64,000 bases of DNA, taken from contig JAYVIK010000208.1 of assembly GCA_043770265.1 (NCBI GenBank), positions 5,317 through 69,316 of the forward strand, in the 5' to 3' direction. Below, piece by piece: positions 39,495 to 48,958 of the stretch (its first letter is position 1; each line of letters begins with the position of its first letter). Under the pieces are notes generated by a model. It worked only from the letters and a program-made list of their open reading frames with translations, made no database searches and was not told the origin of the DNA. The stretch comes from Flavobacterium sp. (GTDB taxonomy: Bacteria > Bacteroidota > Bacteroidia > Flavobacteriales > Flavobacteriaceae). The position numbers were made by a program, and so were the translations under genes.

Positions 39495-39788
39495 ATGGAC
39501 GAAAAGCTTAAAATTAAGATATCGATTGCGGACAGAGTGTATCCACTAACTGTGGAACTCTCTCAGGAAGAAGGACTAAGAAGTGCTTCGAAAAAAATTG
39601 ATACCATGATAAAGCAGTTTGAAGAAAATTATGCCGTTCGCGACAAACAAGATGTATTAGCCATGTGTGCTTTGCAATTTGCCGCACAAACTGAACAAAA
39701 ACAAATTGATAATGCCATAGATGGAGTAGCGACTATCGAAAGAATTCAAAAAATCAATGCGCTTTTAGATCAATATCTCCTGGATTAA
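39495..39788 (+). CDS. zapA: Cell division protein ZapA
   Basis: IKISIADRVYPL, EEGLRSA, DKQDVLAMCALQ; lies upstream of rny. Confidence 0.88.
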   Translation: MDEKLKIKISIADRVYPLTVELSQEEGLRSASKKIDTMIKQFEENYAVRDKQDVLAMCALQFAAQTEQKQIDNAIDGVATIERIQKINALLDQYLLD

Positions 39789-39814
39789 ACACGTTCTTTA
39801 CAGAAACTAAGATA

Positions 39815-39975
39815 CTGCCTACATTAGTTCATATTTGGTAAACTCAACACTAACAATTTAGAATGAGCAAATCTTCGTTACTATAGCAAGCCAATTCAGT
39901 TTGGAAGCTTGAACAGCGAGTTAGCTCAAAACTTGTATTTCCGAGTTTATTCAATCCATCTAATGTAGGTTTTTT
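39815..39975 (+). ncRNA. ssrS: 6S RNA (6S-Flavo type)
   Basis: Between zapA and rny; closing stem CCTACATTAG (39818-39827)/CTAATGTAGG (39960-39969), inner AAACTC/GAGTTT and TGAGC/GCTCA pairs; ends approximate. Confidence 0.8.
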
Positions 39976-39997
39976 TATATATAAATTTAAAACAACT

Positions 39998-41560
39998 ATG
40001 GACATTTTAACAATAATTATTCTAGGATTTGCAGGTGTTGCAGGAGGTTTTGGTATAGCCAAAATAATAGAGAAAAGTAATATTTCTAATTTGATTAAAA
40101 ACGCAAAAAAAGAAGCCGCATCTATCTTGAAAGATGCCAATCTTGAGGCCGAAAACATCAAGAAAGATAAAATTCTTCAAGCGAAAGAAAAGTTTATCGA
40201 ATTGAGATCAGAACACGAACAAGTTATTCTTTCTCGTGACCAAAAAATGGCCGAAGTTGAGAAAAGAATTCGAGATAAAGAATCTCAAGTTTCGAACGAA
40301 TTGTCCAAAGCCAAAAGGGTAAATGATGATTACGAATCTAAAACTGTAGAATACAATACTAAAATTGAAACTTTAGATAAGAAACAACTAGAAGTGGATA
40401 GATTGCATAAAAGCCATCTTCAACAACTAGAAGTTATTGCTGGTTTATCTACTGAGGACGCTAAAAATCAATTGATTGAAGGACTGAAAGCTGAAGCTAA
40501 AACACAAGCAATGTCTCATATCCAAGACACGATTGAAGAGGCTAAATTAACTGCACAACAAGAAGCCAAGAAAATTATCATCAATACTATTCAAAGAGTT
40601 GGAACAGAAGAAGCTGTTGAAAACTGTGTATCTGTTTTCAATATCGAATCAGATGATGTGAAAGGTAGAATCATTGGTCGTGAAGGTAGAAACATTAGAG
40701 CAATCGAAGCCGCAACAGGAGTAGAAATCATTGTTGACGACACACCAGAAGCTATCATTCTTTCTTGTTTTGATCCAGTTCGTAGAGAAATTGCCCGTTT
40801 GGCTTTGCACAAATTAGTCACTGACGGACGAATTCACCCAGCTCGTATTGAAGAAGTGGTGGCTAAAACTACCAAACAAATTGACGACGAAATTATCGAA
40901 GTGGGTAAACGTACCGTTATAGATTTAGGAATTCACGGATTGCATCCTGAATTGATAAAAGTGGTTGGCCGAATGAAATACCGTTCTTCTTATGGACAAA
41001 ATTTATTGCAACACTCTCGCGAGGTTTCTAAACTTTGCGGAATTATGGCAGCCGAATTAGGACTAAACGTAAAATTAGCCAAAAGAGCTGGTTTATTGCA
41101 CGATATTGGTAAAGTTCCAGATGCTGAAAGTGATTTACCTCACGCTTTATTAGGAATGCAATGGGCTGAGAAATATGGTGAAAAAGAAGAAGTTTGCAAC
41201 GCCATTGGAGCGCACCACGATGAGATTGAAATGAAGTCATTATTGTCACCAATTGTTCAAGTTTGTGATGCTATTTCAGGTGCAAGACCAGGCGCAAGAA
41301 GACAAGTTTTAGACTCTTATATTCAACGTTTGAAAGACCTAGAAGAAGTAGCTTATGGATTTGGTGGCGTGAAAAATGCTTATGCAATTCAAGCCGGTAG
41401 AGAACTTCGTGTTATTGTTGAAAGCGAAAAAGTATCCGATGAAAATGCAGCTACTTTATCTTTTGAAATTTCACAAAAAATACAAACCGAAATGACGTAT
41501 CCAGGTCAGGTAAAAGTAACCGTAATTAGAGAAACTAGAGCGGTAAATATAGCTAAATAG
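39998..41560 (+). CDS. rny: Ribonuclease Y
   Basis: N-terminal TM, coiled coil, KH ([11 protein letters not shown]), HD (LLHDIGK), ISGARPGAR. Confidence 0.97.
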   Translation: MDILTIIILGFAGVAGGFGIAKIIEKSNISNLIKNAKKEAASILKDANLEAENIKKDKILQAKEKFIELRSEHEQVILSRDQKMAEVEKRIRDKESQVSNELSKAKRVNDDYESKTVEYNTKIETLDKKQLEVDRLHKSHLQQLEVIAGLSTEDAKNQLIEGLKAEAKTQAMSHIQDTIEEAKLTAQQEAKKIIINTIQRVGTEEAVENCVSVFNIESDDVKGRIIGREGRNIRAIEAATGVEIIVDDTPEAIILSCFDPVRREIARLALHKLVTDGRIHPARIEEVVAKTTKQIDDEIIEVGKRTVIDLGIHGLHPELIKVVGRMKYRSSYGQNLLQHSREVSKLCGIMAAELGLNVKLAKRAGLLHDIGKVPDAESDLPHALLGMQWAEKYGEKEEVCNAIGAHHDEIEMKSLLSPIVQVCDAISGARPGARRQVLDSYIQRLKDLEEVAYGFGGVKNAYAIQAGRELRVIVESEKVSDENAATLSFEISQKIQTEMTYPGQVKVTVIRETRAVNIAK

Positions 41561-41584
41561 ATTTCAATAAATGCCAAATTCCTT

Positions 41585-41632
41585 AAATTCCAAATTCCAA
41601 TAGTCACGCATTGGAATTTGGAATTTTTTTTT
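41585..41632 (+). terminator. Terminator built from heptamer repeats
   Basis: AAATTCCAAATTCCAAT / ATTGGAATTTGGAATTT plus T-run. Confidence 0.78.
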
Positions 41633-41695
41633 GGATTTGATTTTCTTGTGTTGAAATTTATAAATTTATACTAACTTTGTTTAAAACTATCAAAG

Positions 41696-42268
41696 ATGGA
41701 ACTTCCTGAAATACTTTACATTAGCAAAAAAGACTATTTAGACGCTGAGCGTTTGGCTTTGGATAAACACGAATACTATCAAGGAGAAATTTTTGCTATG
41801 AGTGGTGCTTCTATTGCACATAATAAAATTGCAATGAACTCAGCTATCGATATTGGGAGCAAACTAAAAGGCAAAAAATGTCAACCATTCGGCAGCGATT
41901 TAAGAATTCATATTCCAAAAAACACTTTGTTTACGTATCCAGACATTAGTATCATTTGTGGCGAAATAGAAACTACAGACGACAAATTTGACACGATAAC
42001 TAATCCATCGGTAATTATAGAAATTCTTTCGTCTTCGACTAGAAATTATGACAAAGGAGAAAAATTTACTTTGTACAGAGAAATAGATTCGTTGCAAGAA
42101 TACATATTAATCGACTCTGAACGCATTATGGTTGAAAAATTCATTCGAAATTCTGACAACAGTTGGCAATTGACCGAATACAAAACTATTGAACAAAGTT
42201 TTAGTATAGCAACGGTCGGGATTGAAATGCAATTACTCGATATTTATGAAGGGATTAAAATTGTTTAA
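41696..42268 (+). CDS. Uma2 (DUF820) family endonuclease-like protein
   Basis: [38 protein letters not shown]. Confidence 0.9.
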   Translation: MELPEILYISKKDYLDAERLALDKHEYYQGEIFAMSGASIAHNKIAMNSAIDIGSKLKGKKCQPFGSDLRIHIPKNTLFTYPDISIICGEIETTDDKFDTITNPSVIIEILSSSTRNYDKGEKFTLYREIDSLQEYILIDSERIMVEKFIRNSDNSWQLTEYKTIEQSFSIATVGIEMQLLDIYEGIKIV

Positions 42269-42330
42269 AATTGTCAAAAATTGTTCGATTTGCCGAGACA
42301 ACTGATCACTAAAAAACTGACCACTGACGA

Positions 42331-43227
42331 CTAGCGCCTAGGATGAAAAGCATTAATCACTTCTGTTAAAAATCTTCTATCCAAATGCACATAGATTTCA
42401 GTAGTTGTAATTGATTCGTGACCTAACATTAATTGAATGGATCGCAAATCGGCGCCATTTTCTAATAGATGCGTAGCAAAGGAATGGCGCAAAGTGTGCG
42501 GACTGATGCTTTTTTTCAATTCAATTTTGGTTGCCAAATCTTTAATTATCGTAAAAATCATTGCTCTTGTCAATTGACCTCCTCTTCTGTTTAAGAACAA
42601 AGTATCTTCGTGACCTTTCTTTATTTTTAGTTCAGCTCTTTTATAATTACTATACATTTGGATGTACTTTTGAGTCAAATTCCCAATAGGAACAAAACGT
42701 TGCTTATTCCCTTTTCCGGTGATTTTGATAAAACCTTCATCAAAAAATAAATCGGAAATTTTCAAGGAAACCAATTCCGAAACCCGAAGTCCACAACCAT
42801 AAAGTGTTTCCAACATCGCTCTGTTTCTTTCTACTTCATTAGCACTCAAATCGATTGCCGAAATTAAAGCATCAATTTCCTCAACAGATAAAGTATCGGG
42901 AAGTTTTCGACCCGTTTTGGGAGTTTCTATCAATTCCATTGGGTTGTCACTACGATAATCTTCGAAAATTAAATAACTAAAAAAACTTTTTAAGCCCGAA
43001 ATTATTCTGGCCTGCGAGCGAGGATTAACTTCTTTTGAAATAGTATAAATAAACTGCTGGATAATTTCTTCACTAATCTTTATAGGTGAAACTGAAATAT
43101 TATTTTCCTCTAAAAAAAGGCACAAACGTTCGATATCAAAATAATAATTGTCGATAGTGTTTTTCGACAATCCTCTTTCGATTCTTAAATAGGACTGATA
43201 ACTTTTGATATAACTGTTCCAATTCAT
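42331..43227 (-). CDS. xerD: Site-specific tyrosine recombinase XerD
   Basis: YGCGLRVSEL, GKGNKQR, SPHTLRHSFATHLL, LGHESITTTEIY. Confidence 0.9.
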   Translation of the reverse strand: MNWNSYIKSYQSYLRIERGLSKNTIDNYYFDIERLCLFLEENNISVSPIKISEEIIQQFIYTISKEVNPRSQARIISGLKSFFSYLIFEDYRSDNPMELIETPKTGRKLPDTLSVEEIDALISAIDLSANEVERNRAMLETLYGCGLRVSELVSLKISDLFFDEGFIKITGKGNKQRFVPIGNLTQKYIQMYSNYKRAELKIKKGHEDTLFLNRRGGQLTRAMIFTIIKDLATKIELKKSISPHTLRHSFATHLLENGADLRSIQLMLGHESITTTEIYVHLDRRFLTEVINAFHPRR

Positions 43228-43256
43228 TTTAGCAAAGTAAAGCAATTTTTTGACGT

Positions 43257-43284
43257 AAAAAAACCACGCTATCAACGTGGTTTT
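43257..43284 (-). terminator. Intrinsic terminator
   Basis: AAAACCACG / CGTGGTTTT, with a U-tract on the minus strand. Confidence 0.7.
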
Positions 43285-43304
43285 AAATATTATTCTGTAA
43301 CAAT

Positions 43305-43802
43305 TTAGAATTTGTAATTAAATCCTAAATTGACAGATGAAAAAGCGTCTGTCTCAGCAGTAATATGTTTAATGCCTGCATAGAGTTCAAATTTATCTGT
43401 TTGATAACCAAATTTTGGCTGGAATATAAATCCTCCGTCGAGTAGATCAGCGCTAGCACTAAAAGCATACCCTAAATCAGTACCAACAAAAAGATTATTT
43501 GTAATCGAATATTGAGCCGTTGCAGCAATAGGCACAAATCCAGCATCATCAAAATCCAATTTAAAACCCTGAAAATCTGCTACTTTACCAATATAATGAG
43601 CATAGCCAGTGGTAACTCCCATATCAAACTTAGCAGCAACTTTCCAGGTGTATGCAACATCAATAGCAACTGCAGACGAGTACCAATCATTAATTTCTCC
43701 CACTGGTAAACCTAAGTTAACACCAGCTTTAAAGCCTCCATCTTGTGCATTAGCAAAGCTAAATGCGAATACAGCCGCAACTGTTAAAATAATCTTTTTC
43801 AT
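43305..43802 (-). CDS. Small outer-membrane beta-barrel protein
   Basis: Signal peptide ..ANAQ, FKAGVNLG, C-terminal NLGFNYKF. Confidence 0.8.
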   Translation of the reverse strand: MKKIILTVAAVFAFSFANAQDGGFKAGVNLGLPVGEINDWYSSAVAIDVAYTWKVAAKFDMGVTTGYAHYIGKVADFQGFKLDFDDAGFVPIAATAQYSITNNLFVGTDLGYAFSASADLLDGGFIFQPKFGYQTDKFELYAGIKHITAETDAFSSVNLGFNYKF

Positions 43803-44074
43803 TTTTTTTTGTCTTATTTAAAATTAAGTGAACAAATTTAAAGTATAAAATTATTGAGTAATAAACAATTTTCAATGGTTACTAACATAGTTATCAACAT
43901 TTTTTTAACAAATTCGTAATTATATGACTTATTTTATGCTATACTGATCAATTTATTATAAATGGCTGTAAAACTATTTTCCGACAGCAGTGTTATTTTT
44001 TAAAGAAAATAATAATAAAAAAAAAATTTTAAAACAGTTTTGAACTATATAATTAAAATCTAAAGCAACTATTT

Positions 44075-44209
44075 ATGAAAAAAACACTTTTTTTTACCGT
44101 TTTACTTTTTGCAATAACCTTAAATATTCAAGCACAATTATTAAAAATTGGTGTAAAAGCAGGATTGAATTATGCGAATCTTACAGAAAGAGTTCGCATT
44201 GGTAGTTAA
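44075..44209 (+). pseudogene. Truncated PorT-family porin paralog
   Basis: MKKTLFF...QAQLLKIGVKAGLNYANLT then unrelated codons and a stop; matches the N-terminus of 44300..44863. Confidence 0.75.
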
Positions 44210-44299
44210 AAAAAATCTATTTATAATTAAACAAATACATTAATAATTTTAGTAATTTTGAAATTAATTAATTTTTCAAATCCATAAACTAAAACTATC

Positions 44300-44863
44300 A
44301 TGAAAAAAACATTTTTGGTTACCGCTTTACTTACTATTATGTGTTATAGTGCACAAGCACAATTATTAAAATTAGGAATCAAAGCTGGTTTGAATTACGC
44401 TAATACAACCAGCACAGCAATTACTGTTGATGCTAAGAATTATGAAAGTAATGCAATTACAAGCTATCACGCAGGATTAGTTGCTCAGATTGGACTAACT
44501 AAAGGAGTAGCATTTCAGCCAGAATTATTGTATTCTACACAAGGCGCTACTTATAAAGATGCTGTCTCTGAGTTTACAAACGAATTAGGTTATATTGCAA
44601 TTCCAGCCGTTTTAATAATTGATTTGAATAAAACTTTTAGTTTAGAGTTGGGACCGCAAGCTTCTTTTTTATTAAGCGAGAAAAAAGCTTTTGCTGTAAA
44701 TGATGCGAATACATTCGATTTTTCAGTAGTTGGTGGTCTTGGAATAAAAGTAACTAAAAGCATCTTCGTTCAGGCAAGATATGGTTTAGGCTTAACAGAA
44801 ATTTCAGAAACAGCAAAAGCTAAAAATTCTGTAGTTCAAGTTTCCGCAGGGTTTTTCTTTTAA
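44300..44863 (+). CDS. PorT-family outer-membrane beta-barrel protein
   Basis: GIKAGLNYA, FQPELLYSTQG, GPQASFL, QARYGLGL, terminal F. Confidence 0.85.
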   Translation: MKKTFLVTALLTIMCYSAQAQLLKLGIKAGLNYANTTSTAITVDAKNYESNAITSYHAGLVAQIGLTKGVAFQPELLYSTQGATYKDAVSEFTNELGYIAIPAVLIIDLNKTFSLELGPQASFLLSEKKAFAVNDANTFDFSVVGGLGIKVTKSIFVQARYGLGLTEISETAKAKNSVVQVSAGFFF

Positions 44864-44887
44864 AAGAATTTAGTTATTTAGTTTACG

Positions 44888-44917
44888 AAAACCGTTCATA
44901 ATTCGAACGGTTTTTTT
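44888..44917 (+). terminator. Intrinsic terminator
   Basis: AAAACCGTTC / GAACGGTTTTTTT. Confidence 0.75.
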
Positions 44918-44937
44918 ATTTTTACAAAAATATAGTT

Positions 44938-45351
44938 ATGAAAATTTGCATTATCAACGGACCAAACCTTAACTTGTTAGGCAAACGCGAACCCGAAATT
45001 TATGGTTCACAAACTTTTGAAGAGTATCTTGAAATCTTAAAAAGTAAATTTCCAACCGTGGAATTGACCTACTTTCAAAGCAATATTGAAGGAGAATTGA
45101 TAGGTAAAATTCAGGAATTTGGTTTTTCTTATTATGGCATTATTCTCAATGCTGGCGCATATACTCATACCTCTATTGGTATTGGAGACGCCATAAAATC
45201 GATCACAACTCCTGTGGTCGAAGTGCATATTTCGAACACCTTTTCCCGCGAAAGTTTCCGCCATCAATCGTATATTTCAGGAAATGCCAAAGGTGTAATT
45301 TTAGGCTTCGGAATGAAAAGCTACGAATTGGCGATAACTTCGTTTTTGTAA
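44938..45351 (+). CDS. aroQ: Type II 3-dehydroquinate dehydratase
   Basis: INGPNLNLLGKREPEIYG, QSNIEG, YTHTS, EVHISN. Confidence 0.96.
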   Translation: MKICIINGPNLNLLGKREPEIYGSQTFEEYLEILKSKFPTVELTYFQSNIEGELIGKIQEFGFSYYGIILNAGAYTHTSIGIGDAIKSITTPVVEVHISNTFSRESFRHQSYISGNAKGVILGFGMKSYELAITSFL

Positions 45352-45376
45352 AAAGCATTGAGCACTTTATTTAATA

Positions 45377-45403
45377 TGTAACGATTTAGAATGTAATCCG
45401 TCT
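45377..45403 (+). promoter_or_regulatory. Candidate ECF-sigma promoter
   Basis: TGTAAC-N16-CGTCT, 18 bp before ATG 45422. Confidence 0.5.
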
Positions 45404-45421
45404 TATTGAAAAACTATTTTG

Positions 45422-47908
45422 ATGAAAAAATTATTCTTGATTATATTATTACAAATTTCATTTGTAAGCGTTGCACAAATTAGAGGAACTATTACCGACA
45501 ACAAAGGAATTCCGCTTTCCCTTGTAACCATATTAGAAGAGAATACCTATAATGGAACTTCTTCGAACGAGCATGGAAATTATGAATTGAACATCAAAAA
45601 AACAGGGAAACACACTATTGTTTTTCAATATTTGGGATTCAAAACCCAGAAAATAACGGTCACAATTGACAAATTCCCTTTCATCCAAAACATACAATTA
45701 GTCGAAGAAAACCTATCGCTTTCCGAGGTTGTCATCAACTCTAAAGAAAATCCTGCCAATGCCGTAATCAGGCAAGCTATTGTCAGCAAAAAAGAAAATT
45801 CCGAAAAAACAGCTCGCTTTAAGGCTGATTTTTATTCCCGTGGCATTTTTAAAGTCAAAGATTTACCCAAAAAAATATTGGGGCAAAAAATAGGTGATTT
45901 AGATGGTGCTGTCGATTCCACTGGTACTGGAATTATTTATTTATCGGAAACTATTTCGAAAATTATTTTTGAAAAACCCGATAATTTAAAAGAACGAATT
46001 ATTGCTTCGAAAGTGAGCGGAGACAACAAAGGCTTTAGCTATAATACTGCCCGCTCCACGATTTATGATTTCTATGACAATACTTTGGAATTCAACAGCA
46101 AGATGATTTCGCCAATTGCCGATAATGCTTTCAATTATTATAAATACAAATTAGAAGGCACTTTTCAAGACGAAAATAATTTGATGATTAACAAAATAAA
46201 AGTCATTGCAAAACGAGATGCCGAACCTGTTTTTGAAGGCTACATTTATATTGTTGAAGATTCTTGGGCAATATACGCTATAGACTTGGACATAAAAGGG
46301 TATCGAATGCACCAAGAATTTGTCGATGTGATGAAATTGAAACAAAATTTCAGTTATAACAAAAACAATAAAATTTGGGCAAAAAATACGCAAAGCCTAG
46401 AATTTTCAGCCGGTCTTTTTGGAATAAAGTTCAACGGAAAATTCTCGTATGTTTATAGCAATTATGAATTTGAAAAAGCGTTTGCAAAAAAGACTTTTAC
46501 CAATGAAATTGTAAGTTTTGAAGGCAATTCTAACAAAAAAGACACGCTCTTCTGGAATAAAATCAGACCGATTCCTCTTACTATCGAAGAGAATTCTGAT
46601 TACATAAAAAAAGACAGCGTTCACGAGGTTCGAAATTCAAAAAGATATTTGGATTCTATTGATAAAAAAGATAATAAATTCAAATTTCTGAGCCCAATTA
46701 CTGGCTACAGCTGGAAAAACAGCAGCAAAAAAAAATCATTCCGTTATGATGGTTTACTCAATTTAACATCGTTGAGTTTCAACACGGTTCAGGGTCGGAA
46801 TTTAGGTTCTGGATTTTCTTTTCGAAATTGGAAAAACGAAGAAGAAAAAGGAAAATCGACTTCCATAAGTACTAAGTTCAATTATGGTTTTTCTGATGAC
46901 AGATTGCGAGTTACAGCCGATTATTACCATCGATTCAACAATCAAAATTATGCGACCCTAACTTTTTTTGGCGGAAGCAAAGTCAATCAATTTAATCCCG
47001 AAGAACCCATTACAAAACTCATAAACACGGCGAGTAGTCTATTATTCAAAGACAATTATATGAAGTTGTACAACAAAGAATTTGCTGGTGCAACGTATGG
47101 ACAAGACGTTGGAAATAATTTTTATTTGAAAGGAACCTTAGAATATCAGCAACGAAAACCTTTGTCCAACACGACAAATTTTACATTTATCAAAACTGAT
47201 GCTGTTTACAGTTCCAATAATCCTTTGTTGCCAGATGATAATTTGACTCCGGCTTTCGAACAACATCATCTTACAAAGGCTTCGGTTTTTGCAAAAATAC
47301 ATTTTGGAAACAAATACATTTCGAGACCTGACGGAAAATTAAATATCCGAAACAAAGACTATCCTACTTTGACATTTGGTTACGAAAATGCTTTTGCATC
47401 CAATGAAAGCAAATACGAATACCAATTGGTTTCAGGCCAAATTCGATATGATTTTGATGCGGGAAACAAAGGAACTTTGGGAATCAATTTGAAAGCTGGG
47501 ACTTTCATTGATGGCGAAACTATTTCCTTTGTAGATTACAAACATTTCAACGGAAACAGAACCCACGTGGGAACTAGCGACCGCTATTTGAATGTTTTCA
47601 ACCTAATGCCTTATTATGCAAATAGCACAAATAAATCCTATTTCGAGGCTCATTTGGAGCACAACGACAAAGGCTATATTACGAATAAAATTCCATTGTT
47701 GAACAAATTAAATTCCACTTTGGTTTTAGGATTTCACGCTCTTTCCGTTCCTGACACGAAACCCTACTCAGAATTTACGGTTGGTTTGGACAATCTAGGT
47801 TTTGGAAAACTGAAGATCTTTCGCTTTGATTATGTGCGTTCTTACCAAAACGGGATTCAGGAAAATGGAATTGTTTTTGGGTTGAAAATTTTGAATGTTT
47901 TGGAGTAA
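45422..47908 (+). CDS. DUF5686 outer-membrane protein with carboxypeptidase-regulatory-like N-domain
   Basis: Signal peptide, IRGTITD, YLSETIS, ISPIADNAFNYYKYKLEG, FWNKIRPIPLT. Confidence 0.82.
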   Translation: MKKLFLIILLQISFVSVAQIRGTITDNKGIPLSLVTILEENTYNGTSSNEHGNYELNIKKTGKHTIVFQYLGFKTQKITVTIDKFPFIQNIQLVEENLSLSEVVINSKENPANAVIRQAIVSKKENSEKTARFKADFYSRGIFKVKDLPKKILGQKIGDLDGAVDSTGTGIIYLSETISKIIFEKPDNLKERIIASKVSGDNKGFSYNTARSTIYDFYDNTLEFNSKMISPIADNAFNYYKYKLEGTFQDENNLMINKIKVIAKRDAEPVFEGYIYIVEDSWAIYAIDLDIKGYRMHQEFVDVMKLKQNFSYNKNNKIWAKNTQSLEFSAGLFGIKFNGKFSYVYSNYEFEKAFAKKTFTNEIVSFEGNSNKKDTLFWNKIRPIPLTIEENSDYIKKDSVHEVRNSKRYLDSIDKKDNKFKFLSPITGYSWKNSSKKKSFRYDGLLNLTSLSFNTVQGRNLGSGFSFRNWKNEEEKGKSTSISTKFNYGFSDDRLRVTADYYHRFNNQNYATLTFFGGSKVNQFNPEEPITKLINTASSLLFKDNYMKLYNKEFAGATYGQDVGNNFYLKGTLEYQQRKPLSNTTNFTFIKTDAVYSSNNPLLPDDNLTPAFEQHHLTKASVFAKIHFGNKYISRPDGKLNIRNKDYPTLTFGYENAFASNESKYEYQLVSGQIRYDFDAGNKGTLGINLKAGTFIDGETISFVDYKHFNGNRTHVGTSDRYLNVFNLMPYYANSTNKSYFEAHLEHNDKGYITNKIPLLNKLNSTLVLGFHALSVPDTKPYSEFTVGLDNLGFGKLKIFRFDYVRSYQNGIQENGIVFGLKILNVLE

Positions 47909-47950
47909 ACCACTAAAATTTACAAGAACAACACGATGAAGTTCAATTTT

Positions 47951-48898
47951 TTAAAACTGAATTTGAGGGAATTGGTTTTGAATTTTCGCCATTTTTTCTT
48001 GAAGTTTCGATAAAAATTGCTGTTGACTTTCGGAATTGGGATTGAAAGGTCTGTGGGTTAATCCTTTTTGAATGGTTTCGACATTATTCATAATCGAATG
48101 ACTTTCTGGAGCAATAATAGTCTCTGAAAATCGTTGCCAAATATAATCTATCGCTACTGGATTGGGATGAATCATATCTTTATCATAAAAACGATAATCG
48201 CGAAGTTCGTCCATCATTATTTCGTAGGAAGGAAAATAGCTGGAAGTTGGAAATTGAAGGTTGGAAGAATGTAAAGCAGCAATTAAATGGGCTTTGCTCA
48301 ATTGATTTTCTACAAACCCATCTTTGAGATGACGAACGGGTGAAACTGTGAAAACAAAATTGACATTTGGATTGATTTTCTGGATTAAATCCACAGTGTT
48401 TTGTATCGATTTTTTGATAGTTTCAACCGATAAAATTTCCTTAACAAATTCTTTTTGAGGTACTTTATGACAATTGGCTACAATTTCGTGGGTTGTAATA
48501 TTTCGATAAACCCAAGAAGTTCCGTAGGTGATAATAACATGAGAAGCAACAAGCAGTTTTGATTTTGTAGTTGTTACAATGGCATTCAAATTAGCAATTA
48601 ATACTGATTGGTTGGAATTACTCAAATCCGAATGAGCATCAAAACAATGCCAACGTTCGTTGAGAAAAAAAACATCTTCCTCGCTAAATTGTTTTTCGGA
48701 AACGGCAAAATCAATCAGTTTTTCGATTGCCAATGGATGAAATAAAATACCAAGAGGATTCGTTAGACTTTGGAATTTAAAATAATCGAATTTCTCACTC
48801 ATATTTACAGCAAAACAAGAACCCAACGACACAATTTTTGAATTGTAATCTATTGGGTTTTTGCTTTTAGGAATCGGTATTTGAGTTCTGAATTCCAT
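47951..48898 (-). CDS. GSCFA-domain protein
   Basis: LGSCFA, TVSPVRH, YFPSYEI..DELRDYRFY..DMIHP. Confidence 0.9.
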   Translation of the reverse strand: MEFRTQIPIPKSKNPIDYNSKIVSLGSCFAVNMSEKFDYFKFQSLTNPLGILFHPLAIEKLIDFAVSEKQFSEEDVFFLNERWHCFDAHSDLSNSNQSVLIANLNAIVTTTKSKLLVASHVIITYGTSWVYRNITTHEIVANCHKVPQKEFVKEILSVETIKKSIQNTVDLIQKINPNVNFVFTVSPVRHLKDGFVENQLSKAHLIAALHSSNLQFPTSSYFPSYEIMMDELRDYRFYDKDMIHPNPVAIDYIWQRFSETIIAPESHSIMNNVETIQKGLTHRPFNPNSESQQQFLSKLQEKMAKIQNQFPQIQF

Positions 48899-48958
48899 TT
48901 GTACTTTTTAAATAGGAATTAATTTTAGAAGTAAAAATGAAGTGTTAAATTCAAAATA

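Noticed and set aside
39850-40161. 103-aa minus-strand ORF
   Set aside because: Antisense to the 6S RNA and the rny 5' end
42331-43227. Tyrosine recombinase as the integrase of an island
   Set aside because: Sequence and size fit housekeeping XerD; no att repeats or tRNA nearby
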